Virus record (IMG/VR): IMGVR_UViG_2852079565_000004
Coordinates: 55,005 to 119,004 of that record
DNA: 64,000 nucleotides
Strand: one strand, 5' to 3'
Source of the DNA: a virus
Lineage: Duplodnaviria > Caudoviricetes
Below the pieces are notes generated by a model. It did not search any database and had not been told where the DNA came from. It was given only the letters and a program-made list of their open reading frames with translations. The translations under genes were made by a program, and so were the position numbers. Position 1 is the first letter of the stretch. Every line of letters begins with the position of its first letter. Positions 48,406-58,310 of the stretch are shown in pieces.

Positions 48406-48905
48406 TGACCAAGACAACTGCTATTGCAATGGCTGCTGACTACAGCAAGTTACAACAACTCGTCGAAACAGGTGAATTCACCGCAGAAGATGTTGCCGAT
48501 ACCTTAGAGGGTATCGAGTGTGAACTAGGCGATAAACTGGATGCAATTATGCTTCATGCCCGTAATTTAGAGGGGCAAGCTAAAACGCTGGATGAAGAAT
48601 CAAAACGTTTGGCAGACCGTAAAAAATCATTCGAAAACCAAGTTAAAAACCTGAAAAAATATGCATTGGATTGCTTGTTAACATCAGGCAAAGACAAGTT
48701 AAAAACCACGAAAAATACCTTTACGGCTCGCGCTGGTGTTGTGCGTGTCATCATCGATAACGAAGCAGCTTTGCCCGATGAATTGGTGGATGTTCAGACC
48801 ATTACTGCCCCTGATAAAAAGCGTATTAAAGAAGCAATCGAAAATGGTATTGAAATACCTGGTGCTCACTTAGAAGTCGGTGATCGCTCATTGATGGTTC
48901 GTTAA
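48405..48905 (+). CDS. Siphovirus Gp157-family protein
   Basis: DTLEGI, PDKKRIKEAIENG.EIPGAHL. Confidence 0.85.
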   Translation: MTKTTAIAMAADYSKLQQLVETGEFTAEDVADTLEGIECELGDKLDAIMLHARNLEGQAKTLDEESKRLADRKKSFENQVKNLKKYALDCLLTSGKDKLKTTKNTFTARAGVVRVIIDNEAALPDELVDVQTITAPDKKRIKEAIENGIEIPGAHLEVGDRSLMVR

Positions 48906-48949
48906 TCACTTTAGCGCCCAGCAATGGGCGCATATCAGGAGATATTTTT

Positions 48950-49129
48950 ATGGCCATGAAATTAGAAGTCATCATTACTCACGATGAAACTAACAATAAA
49001 TGCAGCGTTGAGTGGACCACTGCATCGACTCAACAAGTCACTCGCCAAGAAGAACAAACGCTATCACTGGTAAAAAAGGCATTGTTACTTCAACTGGGTT
49101 ACCCAGCGGCACACACTGTTATCCATTAA
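48950..49129 (+). CDS. Small hypothetical protein (59 aa)
   Basis: AGGAG RBS; MAMKLEVIITHDE...VIH. Confidence 0.6.
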   Translation: MAMKLEVIITHDETNNKCSVEWTTASTQQVTRQEEQTLSLVKKALLLQLGYPAAHTVIH

Positions 49130-49158
49130 CATGACATGTCACAAACGAGGCAAGACCA

Positions 49159-49329
49159 ATGCTAAGACACGAACATCAAAAAGACCAGGAAGTCAAAATC
49201 ACCCTACCCGATGGCTCGCACGGGTTTGTTTCAACAGATAGACGTTGCAAGGTTTCTTATGACTTTCCTGCACATATTAGAATAGAAATACAGCCTACTC
49301 AGGCAGAACTACAAAGGAGTAAACAATGA
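49159..49329 (+). CDS. CsrA/RsmA-like small protein (56 aa, not in track)
   Basis: MLRHEHQKDQEVKITLPDGSHGFVSTDRRCKVSYDFPAHIRIEIQ... pattern-aligns with CsrA ML..GE.LMI..V.V..VRIGVNAP..V.V; starts at GAGGCAAGACCA ATG. Confidence 0.55.
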   Translation: MLRHEHQKDQEVKITLPDGSHGFVSTDRRCKVSYDFPAHIRIEIQPTQAELQRSKQ

Positions 49330-49499
49330 TTTATGGTTTATTCCTGCTAAATTGCAGTGGTGCTGATTGTTTATATAAATCTAACGGCTATACCTATCCC
49401 GATGAGCAGAATTGTTTAATGGATAAAGACGCCCTAACTCAACGAGGTGTTTTGTCTGAATGCTATCCCATCGAAGCAATTATTCGGGCCAATAATTGA
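49326..49499 (+). CDS. Small Cys-rich protein (DUF1482-like)
   Basis: MIYGLFLLNC..C..YPDEQNC..ECYPIE; AAGGAG RBS, ATGA overlap. Confidence 0.65.
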   Translation: MIYGLFLLNCSGADCLYKSNGYTYPDEQNCLMDKDALTQRGVLSECYPIEAIIRANN

Positions 49500-49571
49500 T
49501 TAAGCATAATTAGTTTTATTCTGCATTTTTTCTTACTGTGGTGGTTTATTCAAAACCAATGGATAACCACC

Positions 49572-49778
49572 ATGAAACAACCACAATTAACCCCTTGGGC
49601 ACCCGAGGAACAGTTATTAACTGAGTTTGATATTAAGTTAGGCAAGCTAGCTGCCAGTGTAAAAAACAGACCATGTACAAAAGCTAATATCAAGCATGCC
49701 TGCAACATTGCTGACCAACTTATTTTATTAATGATGAGGCAAGACCAAGATGAGACAAAATATCACAGAAGGCTATGA
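49572..49778 (+). CDS. Phage hypothetical protein
   Basis: 68-aa ORF. Confidence 0.55.
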   Translation: MKQPQLTPWAPEEQLLTEFDIKLGKLAASVKNRPCTKANIKHACNIADQLILLMMRQDQDETKYHRRL

Positions 49779-49822
49779 TTTATTTCTCCGCGACATTAAG
49801 CAAGCGGATATGGGAGGAAATT

Positions 49823-50032
49823 ATGTTATATGAATGTTTGCCTATTTCCGCATACTGCAATATGTACGGAGAAACACCAGAGTCCATTAATAAGCGCATA
49901 CAACGGCAATATTGGATAGTCGGTGTACATGTTTTAAAAGTTGAGGGTTCAAAAGAACGTTGGATTGATATTGCTGAGGTGAATAAGTGGGCGCGAAAAA
50001 ACAAACAGGCTACGCACTACCAAGAGGGGTGA
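49823..50032 (+). CDS. xis: Excisionase
   Basis: CLPISAYC..GET..INKRIQR..W..GVHV..ERWID..VNKWAR; GGAGG RBS; overlaps int. Confidence 0.82.
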   Translation: MLYECLPISAYCNMYGETPESINKRIQRQYWIVGVHVLKVEGSKERWIDIAEVNKWARKNKQATHYQEG

Positions 50033-51168
50033 CGGTTCGTAACAACAAAACCAGCCAAACTATTGTTATCACGTTTACTTATAGAGGGGCGCTCTGTAGA
50101 GAGCCTCTCTCTAGATTAACCGTCGATAATAAAAACATTAAATACGCTGAAAGGTTGCTCGCTGAAATTCAAAATAACATTGAAAAAGGCACTTTTAACT
50201 ACGCTAAATATTTTCCTAACTCTAAAAAATTAATGCTTTTTGGTGTTAATAATCGTGAAAAAAGAGTAATTGATTATTTAGATGAGTATTTAATTATTTG
50301 CGAAACGCGAAATTTATCACCCTCAACAATTGGGGGTTATAAAAAATGCAAAAGTGCCTTATCTGATTTGCACCAACTACATGTTTCATCACTAACACCG
50401 GCGATCCTAAAAAACTGGATACAAAAGCAAACGACAGTATTAAAAACTATCCGTAACCAGCTCTCATTTTTGCGTAGCTCGCTAGATGAAGCCATTACCG
50501 ATGGGATAGTGTCAATTAACCCAGTAAGCCTTGTATCCGCTTCAAGGTATCAATCAAATAACAGTGACAATGAAAGCAGTTATATTGTTGACCCATTGTC
50601 ACCTAAAGAAGTCTCTGCCCTACTCGCTGCGGCAAGATATGAACAATGGAAAAACTTATTCCAGTTTGCCATTAATACAGGATTAAGAAGCTCTGAACTA
50701 TGTGCATTGAGATGGAGCGATATCGATTTCATAGAAAACACTGCACACGTGCAATCCGCCAGCGTGGTGGGTGTTATTAAGAAAACCAAAACTAAAGCCG
50801 GCACCAGAAAGGTTGAATTGAATAATGAGGCCATGAACGCCCTAAATGAGCAGAAGCAATTCACGTTCTTGAAAGATGGTGTGATTTTTGAAGACCCAAA
50901 AACAAATAAAGCCTGGGCTGGCGCTGATGCGATCAGAAAGAAAGCATGGGTACCAACGCTGAAGAAAGCAGGAATCAGATATCGTAATCCTTATCAAACG
51001 AGACATACCTTTGCCACAAGACATATTAGCCAAGGTGCTAATCTGTTTTGGCTAGCTGGACAAATGGGGCATAAGGGGCCTGAAATGTTGTTTAGACATT
51101 ATGGGGGATATCTTAAGGAATATGATGTGGGTACAGTGAGTCAAAAAGTAACCCGTTCTTTAATCTAG
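49987..51168 (+). CDS. int: Tyrosine integrase with arm-binding N-domain
   Basis: TGLRSSEL, YQTRHTFA, QMGH, HY catalytic motifs. Confidence 0.95.
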   Translation: MGAKKQTGYALPRGVTVRNNKTSQTIVITFTYRGALCREPLSRLTVDNKNIKYAERLLAEIQNNIEKGTFNYAKYFPNSKKLMLFGVNNREKRVIDYLDEYLIICETRNLSPSTIGGYKKCKSALSDLHQLHVSSLTPAILKNWIQKQTTVLKTIRNQLSFLRSSLDEAITDGIVSINPVSLVSASRYQSNNSDNESSYIVDPLSPKEVSALLAAARYEQWKNLFQFAINTGLRSSELCALRWSDIDFIENTAHVQSASVVGVIKKTKTKAGTRKVELNNEAMNALNEQKQFTFLKDGVIFEDPKTNKAWAGADAIRKKAWVPTLKKAGIRYRNPYQTRHTFATRHISQGANLFWLAGQMGHKGPEMLFRHYGGYLKEYDVGTVSQKVTRSLI

Positions 51169-51346
51169 CTTGTGATACCCTCAGCTATTCTAGATGAATT
51201 TGCTATAGATAAACAAGCTGAACTGTATTATTAAATTTACAAAAATAATATAGTAACTATGTGAAATACTTAATAGAATGTTATGGTAAATAAAATGAAT
51301 ATCTATTATTTAAATGACCATTCCTTATTTGGAAATTAGTTGACAC

Positions 51347-52513
51347 ATGGACTATTATGAAATGACTACTGAAAAAGATGACAATGATATCATTCTAAAA
51401 AAAAATGCGATAGAGAAAGATGATAGTGGAAATATTATAATAAACGGGAAAATTCTAATAGATAATCAAGAATTTGATGGTTTAGTAATTTACTCATATG
51501 AAATTATACCTAATAACTATCATGACCTTATTCAAATGAATGAAAGCAATAAAATTACAATTAAATTATTTAATGTAAGAGCAAAAGGCATAGATGGTGA
51601 ATTCAGGGCAAGGCTAAATATAGACATGGGTTCTACTCATAACCATTTTCTTTTAGTTAAGAATGGGTGGATTCCATGCATCTTCATGAAAAAAAATACT
51701 TTACTATTTGCTGATAGAAATGTTATATCGAAAATACAATATAGATATTTTTTAAACAAAAAAAAAGACACAACATATGATTATTTCGACAGTATGTTTC
51801 TACCTAGAAACCAATTAACTATAGACTTAACCCTTTGGTCTTTAGAGGCAAATGAGAAAAGAATACCATCAGCCGATATTATTGATAACCAGTTAATTAT
51901 TGCAAAAAACATATTGAAATTAGCACTACCAGATATTGCAATATCTGAATATCCTAATGGGAATAAATATTACCATGAGTTATCAAATTACTTAAAAAAC
52001 ATCATCGAAAAAAGAATGAATTTTCTCATTAAGGTCGCCCCCACTATAAATCGAAATTTTACAGAAAAAACCAGAGATACTATCGTAGAAAAAATATTTT
52101 TGCTAGCTGATGAATTTAAATTAAAGCGAGCAGATATTGCAGTTGTTTTGGTCTTTTTAAGAGTTAATTTAGTTAAACCTGAGGGTGAGAAATCAAACCT
52201 TGCAACTGAAGTAATAAAAGAATCTCAAACCTATGGTTTAAATGAAGCTTATAATACAGCTTGTGATTTGAGTGCTATAGAATTATTAGTCAATATGATA
52301 AGAAAGAGCGAAAAAGAAAATTCTCCTTATAATATTGCTTTTCTTTCTGAGGATAAGGGGCTAATAAAATTAGGATCATTAGTCATGAATTATAAAAATG
52401 ATAAAACCGATGGAAAAAATGTAACAATATCATCATCATTTCCACGTGATATATTTGCTAATGACACTAAATTTGCTGAGCTTATTAGTCGCTATATAGT
52501 TCCTTCAGAGTGA
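51347..52513 (+). CDS. Moron: hypothetical protein between int and attR
   Basis: 388 aa, very low GC; LFADRNV and YNTACDL...SEDKGL acidic motifs. Confidence 0.75.
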   Translation: MDYYEMTTEKDDNDIILKKNAIEKDDSGNIIINGKILIDNQEFDGLVIYSYEIIPNNYHDLIQMNESNKITIKLFNVRAKGIDGEFRARLNIDMGSTHNHFLLVKNGWIPCIFMKKNTLLFADRNVISKIQYRYFLNKKKDTTYDYFDSMFLPRNQLTIDLTLWSLEANEKRIPSADIIDNQLIIAKNILKLALPDIAISEYPNGNKYYHELSNYLKNIIEKRMNFLIKVAPTINRNFTEKTRDTIVEKIFLLADEFKLKRADIAVVLVFLRVNLVKPEGEKSNLATEVIKESQTYGLNEAYNTACDLSAIELLVNMIRKSEKENSPYNIAFLSEDKGLIKLGSLVMNYKNDKTDGKNVTISSSFPRDIFANDTKFAELISRYIVPSE

Positions 52514-52602
52514 CTACACTATAACCCTAAAATGCACGTTAAATGCACACCACATAACTGAGCTATAAATATTCCTTCATAATCAAATAATTAAAAAATT
52601 AC

Positions 52603-52627
52603 GGACGCTGGTTCAACTCCCGCCAGC
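52603..52627 (+). other. attR: tmRNA 3' fragment
   Basis: GGACGCTGGTTCAACTCCCGCCAGC versus tmRNA GGACGCGGGTTCAACTCCCGCCAGCTCCACCA. Confidence 0.85.
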
Positions 52628-53198
52628 CTAATTAATTGATTTATAACGAGTTTCAAACCATTTCATGTTGAAATTGTGCTGTAGGATGTACTGCATGACG
52701 ACATTAAAGCTCTCCCACTACCTCTACTATCGAACCAATACATGATAGTTTCGTAAAACCATCCCGACCATTAGCCTTAATCTTCAATAGCCAATATAAT
52801 CACTGGCAAGCCCTATATTCAGGAACCACGGAAACGGTCAAGGAATACATTGTCTTTTTCCAGCAGCAACTTAGGTTATTAGTCAACGCATGGCGGCAGC
52901 GTGAAATAGATGATTTTCATCTGAATATTGATAAGAGAATTGATGAACTCAGACGGGGGCTTACAAACTATTTCACCTCAATCATTAATGGAATTACCAA
53001 TAGCTTGCAACTACTCAATAAATATCAATTCAGCTCCCTCACAGGGAGTTGAATTCAAAGTAAACATCAATAACTATTTATTATTCAATTTTCTTAAAAG
53101 AATTAGGCTTTTTTTACCATCACACTAAATTAATTATCCTTTGCTGAAATATATAATAGTTTTCATGTTAAGCCTTGCAAACATAAAAACATGATTCA

Positions 53199-54021
53199 TT
53201 AGGTAGAAGTCTTATACCATGCATTATTTACCTGTTCGGCAATAATATTTATCGTTTTTACCTGATAGGGAGCACAACTAACTACATCGACCGAATCTAA
53301 ATCAAATATTGCGATGTTATAGCCCTCATCTCCGAAATGGCTTTTAGATGCTATTGCATCATACCCAGCACTGCGAAAAAGCTCAGCCAGTATTTGAGTC
53401 GGTGCGTAATTAGCCTTATCATCCGACCGCGTAACTGGCGTTGAAAATGCGTTATCAATATCAGTCCAAACAGCTTTCTCTTTCTGTTGTGCTGTAAGCT
53501 CTTTTACACCGAGTATATAACTAAAAATAGGCCCAGAAAGTGAGGACTTACCATGACCAAGCGAAAGATCGAGTACCCTCAATGGAGATAAAAGTTTGCA
53601 TGTTGCTAAAGAAACATTAGCACCGACCCAAGGCCGCACTTCAGAAATCGCAGTCCTTACTGTTGTACCTACATATAGCACTGGAATGCCTGAGGGATTT
53701 GCACGCCCTTCTTTGGCTCTATCAACCAAAGGCTTCATACGAGAAGCTCTAAAACCTAACATATTCTCTTCGATCCAGTTGCCATCATTATCGGTCCTAT
53801 CACAAAGATCTATACCAAGCTGAGCCCTGTAAAAAATGCTCCCCCTCTTTCAACTCACGATCTCGTCCCTTGATTGTAGCTAGAACAGTATCAAGGAATA
53901 CATTCTGCTCTTTACTTAAGATGTAACGGCTGGTCTTGCGAACATAGTCTGCGAATTGTGAATAACTGTCCTAACAAGCAAACTCAGACTGATGAATTAA
54001 ATTCTTCTTACTAACAGCCAT
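53199..54021 (-). pseudogene. RES-domain protein, disrupted
   Basis: GRANPSGIPVLY, AISEVRP, Y.PTQILAELFR..GYD; 5' part from ATG 54021 has an in-frame TAG. Confidence 0.75.
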
Positions 54022-54193
54022 ATACGAACCCGCTAAACAAAATTTCTGTTTGTAAATTTCTCAGTCTAATACATATTATTGATTCTGTTAAATCCCCTAT
54101 CTATTCAATTGATGTAAAACACAAATAACCGACTCATTTAACATTAATAGCTTCAGTAACCAACACTGTAAAGCTAATCACAAGGAATAAATA

Positions 54194-54709
54194 CTATTGG
54201 AATATCAATATTCTTTGCCTATCAAAACCATGGTTACTTGCAAAACTAAGATATTCATTTAATAACTCTGGTGGCATAGTTGGAGTACGCGATAGTACCC
54301 ATAGATAATCTTTATTAGGTCCAACAACTAATGAATATTGATAGTTATCATCTAGCTTAATAATATTATAGCCGCCGTAAAAGGGCCCAAAGAATGAAAC
54401 CTTTAAAGCCCCAGTATCCGAGGATTCAACAAAGTAAGCTTTCCCTATACTCTCTTTCCATTTTTTGCTTTCAGAATTCCATCCTCTATTCACTACTTTT
54501 ACACCTCCGTCATCACGAAGAGAATAGTTAGCAGAGACTTTACTTAATCCTTTTTCAAATCGATTATCTATTCTCGCTACTTCATGCCATTCGCCAAGGT
54601 AACGTGATAAATCAAACTTCTCAACAGGTGATATATCTTTTGGCACTTTAACGCTACATCCGTTAAGTAGAAGCATACTTAAAAACATAAAAATTGACTT
54701 CACTCGCAT
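54194..54709 (-). CDS. blc: Outer-membrane lipocalin lipoprotein
   Basis: LNGC lipobox; RYLGEWHEVAR, LKVSFFGPFYGGY, YLWVLSRTP. Confidence 0.93.
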   Translation of the reverse strand: MRVKSIFMFLSMLLLNGCSVKVPKDISPVEKFDLSRYLGEWHEVARIDNRFEKGLSKVSANYSLRDDGGVKVVNRGWNSESKKWKESIGKAYFVESSDTGALKVSFFGPFYGGYNIIKLDDNYQYSLVVGPNKDYLWVLSRTPTMPPELLNEYLSFASNHGFDRQRILIFQ

Positions 54710-54746
54710 GGTAACTCCGTTGAATATTTCTCGATGAGATACTATC

Positions 54747-54872
54747 CTACAAAAAATTTGTGACGTTACCTAACCAATTAGGTAAGGCTATTGATGATAA
54801 TAACAAAAGAAAACCAAATAATAAGTATTGAAAAACATAAAGCATACGGATAAATAGCTCTTTTAATATCAT
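54747..54872 (-). CDS. 41-aa single-TM peptide upstream of blc
   Basis: MILKELFIRMLYVFQYLLFGFLLLLSSIALPNWLGNVTNFL; paralog of 31608-31739. Confidence 0.6.
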   Translation of the reverse strand: MILKELFIRMLYVFQYLLFGFLLLLSSIALPNWLGNVTNFL

Positions 54873-55109
54873 AGAGTATACCCTTTATTGCTAATGTAGA
54901 TTGATCGCCCAAAATAAGTACTAACACTTAAAATATAGCAGCTCATTTTCATTTGTCAGGTATCACTAACTACGGCAATTACACATAAAAATGAGGGTTT
55001 AACCCCAATCTTACTGCTGTATACAGCTAGAAATAGTCATCGAATTGTTCTGCTATAATTAAAAATGATCTTTTGAAACTTATAACTTCAAACTTTAAAG
55101 GAAGACAAT

Positions 55110-55241
55110 ATGTTAAAAAAAATCAGTTTCCTCATCTGCTCATTAGTTGTTGCTTTCACATTAACTGCCTGTAATACCACTAAAGGTGTTGGTGAAGATA
55201 TAGAAGCAGGAGGAGAAGCAATACAAAGAGCAGCCCAGTAA
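55110..55241 (+). CDS. ecnB: Entericidin B-like lipoprotein, second copy
   Basis: 42/43 aa identical to 31974-32105. Confidence 0.88.
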   Translation: MLKKISFLICSLVVAFTLTACNTTKGVGEDIEAGGEAIQRAAQ

Positions 55242-55580
55242 ACATTAATGCTCTTATTTCAAATGCTAGAGGGTATATTTATTTTGAATCCTCTAGTATT
55301 TCCTTATTCATTTAACGAGACTCCAATTTGTATTTTCTTTTCCGTATTTGCTTACACTTTATTCATGTAAAACATTTATAAATATGTCTATGCTGATAGT
55401 GTGTTCTAAACTATTGTATCAGTTTATTTTGCCTCGATATTTGGGGCTTTTCTTTGCTTTTCAATTTTTTTATAAATAAAGGCCATCAGCTATTAACTGA
55501 AGGCCTAAGAAACTACAAAAAATCAGATTTTAATAATGCCACTTTCAAAATATAACTATATTAATTTTAAAATACACTTT

Positions 55581-57476
55581 CTAACATAATGGTTTTTCCA
55601 AAAAATCATTATCATCAAGTATCCATAATGGCTCCATATTACTATCTTTTTTGATAACTAATGATGGGTCTGAACGTAAACATGCTCCACCATAGTGACC
55701 TCCGACAGTAAATGTGCAGACTTGAATAAAACGCCCTGCAACGTTTGGCAAGCACCATAATTGTTGGTAAATATTTTCCTGTTTATCAAATTGGCCAGAA
55801 GTCTCATCTAAAATCGTGTCGCACTCACCTATCAAACCGATATTGTCACCACAGCGGCCTGCTATTGGCTTTATTGCATAACCACTCGAGCGTAACTCGT
55901 CACTGATATCAAAACTTGTATTCAAAAGATAGGGATGATAGGGAAATAACGACCAAAGAATAGGTAATATCGCTTTATTACTTGGAATGACTGTCCATAA
56001 AGGCTCAAAGACACGAATCTCAGGCTTTAATAATACATCAACTAGTCTGACGTCATTATATTCTGAGTGTCCGGTACGAATTTGTAGCGCTGAATGCTCA
56101 TAGTCTTTCTCACATTCCTGCCGAATTTGCTCAAGAGCAGTTTCCCACGCCCATGTTTTCCAAACACACTCTAATATACGGCCATCACTATCAACGACTT
56201 GACCTGTTTCATTCCAAAATAATTCGTCTAAACCATGAATAATTTTATAATCGAATCCCGCTTCAGTAATTGCATGCGCCATGTATTGCGAATGATAATC
56301 TTCTTCACTATCTACATCCTGCATAATATGAATAAACGGTTTAGCTGAAGAATGTTCCCATGTACTAGAAAGTAATTCAGTTAAGTAACCACTTGGGTTT
56401 TTGCCATCTTTCAGCTGCCCTACTTTTGCCCACTTATCAATAATTACCCCTGCCTCTGTATGACAAGAAGCTGAATCCGCATTATATTCATAGACTTTTA
56501 ACCCTCGCTCATCCAAACAAAAGTCTAATCTTCCTGTGATCATATCATGACGCCGATTCTTCCAGGATAAACGTATGCGAGGCCAAAGAATTTCTGGAAT
56601 ATTAAAAAGTTTCAATAAGTTATCACTCTTTAATACTTTTTCTGTCGCATGCAGATACATAAGATGAACTTCATTGGTTGCTTGTATCAGTTTATTTTCA
56701 GCGGTACTAGATATTGTAAAATATTCATGAAGAGCGCTATTTAGCGCGCGACCTTGTCTAGCTTGAATATATTTATTTTCTATGGGATTTGAGCTATTCA
56801 ACCATTCGTTATTATAGTCAATCTTATTATCTATTTTAGCAGCATGAATCTTTAGCAACTCAGGATTAGTATACGGGCCTGAATAAGCATGCTCATCACT
56901 ATCTGTTTGTATCATCCATCCCAAAATTTTAGTGTTTGGGAAAGTATCTGATAGTGTATATCTTCCTTTATCTCTTTTCAGAGACAATTCTCTTGTCCAC
57001 TGCTGGCCTATGGGCAATTTATGGTGAATGACATTTTGCTCAGCGATACGAACTTTATCATCATAAACCTTGGTGATAATTGCTATATGGCCTGTTTTAT
57101 TAAACTCACCCCCCTCATCCCAAATTAACAATGACCCCGCGGCAGGCTTAACAGGACTCCCATTAACAAAAGCTTTTAACGGTAAAATGTCATCATCAAC
57201 TACGTGTCGTAGAAAGCGCAGAGAAAATATTTCATAGGCCATACCAACATCACTAAAAACAGTACCGTAATTGAGGTATAAAAAACGGCGAGCAAACTCA
57301 ACGCATTGCCATTTATAGCCCATATATTCATTGCCAATATAACTTCGAAAAGAAATATCTTTTTTATTTTCCACATTAGGCAATGAATCATAATCTGATG
57401 AGTATATTGCTACGCCTCCTGGAGCATATCCGAGTAAAGTTCCAAAAGGTTCGTATTCACTACTTAATAACCCCAT
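55581..57476 (-). CDS. gsp: Bifunctional glutathionylspermidine amidase/synthetase
   Basis: PFGTLLGYAPGGVAIYSSDY, KWQCVEFARR (CHAP), YEYNADSASC; start ATG 57476. Confidence 0.95.
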   Translation of the reverse strand: MGLLSSEYEPFGTLLGYAPGGVAIYSSDYDSLPNVENKKDISFRSYIGNEYMGYKWQCVEFARRFLYLNYGTVFSDVGMAYEIFSLRFLRHVVDDDILPLKAFVNGSPVKPAAGSLLIWDEGGEFNKTGHIAIITKVYDDKVRIAEQNVIHHKLPIGQQWTRELSLKRDKGRYTLSDTFPNTKILGWMIQTDSDEHAYSGPYTNPELLKIHAAKIDNKIDYNNEWLNSSNPIENKYIQARQGRALNSALHEYFTISSTAENKLIQATNEVHLMYLHATEKVLKSDNLLKLFNIPEILWPRIRLSWKNRRHDMITGRLDFCLDERGLKVYEYNADSASCHTEAGVIIDKWAKVGQLKDGKNPSGYLTELLSSTWEHSSAKPFIHIMQDVDSEEDYHSQYMAHAITEAGFDYKIIHGLDELFWNETGQVVDSDGRILECVWKTWAWETALEQIRQECEKDYEHSALQIRTGHSEYNDVRLVDVLLKPEIRVFEPLWTVIPSNKAILPILWSLFPYHPYLLNTSFDISDELRSSGYAIKPIAGRCGDNIGLIGECDTILDETSGQFDKQENIYQQLWCLPNVAGRFIQVCTFTVGGHYGGACLRSDPSLVIKKDSNMEPLWILDDNDFLEKPLC

Positions 57477-58109
57477 GTTATAGCTCCATCTTAATAATAA
57501 ATACATGCTAGCCATAACTATCAGTGTACGCCTATAAAATATGAAAAATCCATTTTTTTGATATAAGAAACTTATCAATAGTTAGTTAAATAAAAGCAAC
57601 CTGTTAGCACAAAAAAGCTCCCAAGAGAGATCGCCATTTATAGCAACAGTTCCGATGCTCCCTTCTGTGGGTTCTTAGTGTTTTAAATATGTCTGCTATA
57701 TACCGGGTGAAAAGTGGTTTGATTACTATCTTTACAAAACAATGAGTTCTTTTATTTTCACTTTCAAAAAATGACCTATTTAGCGGTATAACTATTTACA
57801 AGAGTTACCCTCAGTTAAATAGACCATCCCTTTTAAGCCCCAATCTAGGGGCTATTTTTTTGCCTTTAAAAAGCCTCTGTTTTCTTAAAAGCTCGCTGTT
57901 GTTGTCTTACACAGCCATCAATTTAAAATATTTGGAAATACTTTTGCGTATTTTGAAATACCAACTATATTTAAGGCGATATTTAATTGTATAAAGCAAC
58001 ATATTTAGCCCAACGCTGTGTGGGCTTTTTTTATCCATACAATTTCTGGTACTATAACTTTTAAGGCTCTCACCATTACAGAATCAAGATAAAATCACGT
58101 TTTCAAAAT

Positions 58110-58310
58110 ATGAACCTTATACACAACCTCCCGATCACAACCATACTTATCGTTACCTCCCTATTTCTTTGCGTTGTATTTATTCTTATTAGTGATAACT
58201 ATCAAGCAGACGTGACAACTCTATTCTTTAAAGCTTTTATATATCTACTTGCAGCTATCTCCTTCTTAAACTTACTTTTTTTAATTAGAACTTTCATTGG
58301 CTGGAACTAA
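58110..58310 (+). CDS. Small two-TM protein
   Basis: 66-aa hydrophobic ORF. Confidence 0.5.
   Translation: MNLIHNLPITTILIVTSLFLCVVFILISDNYQADVTTLFFKAFIYLLAAISFLNLLFLIRTFIGWN

Larger units (their letters stand above)
8417..52627. mobile_element. Temperate prophage (~44 kb): lambdoid early/lysis modules plus contractile-tail virion module, tmRNA-targeting
   Basis: Full module set from int to tail fibre; tmRNA fragments at both ends; matching arm repeats AA(A/G)TGCAC x2 at 8519-8540 and 52529-52550. Confidence 0.92.

Noticed and set aside
37295-49752. GAGGCAAGACCA repeats or the pL hairpins as a CRISPR array
   Set aside because: Too short, irregularly spaced, tied to start codons, and no cas genes
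52603-52627. tRNA or intact tmRNA gene
   Set aside because: Only the T-arm/acceptor 3' fragment is present; it is an att site
52630-53130. Possible gene or IS remnant and 66-aa ORF after attR
   Set aside because: No recognisable motif or terminal repeats
57590-57870. Possible cos/terS remnant or further sRNA upstream of gsp
   Set aside because: Only a hairpin (57836-57861) is evident; no second copy to support it
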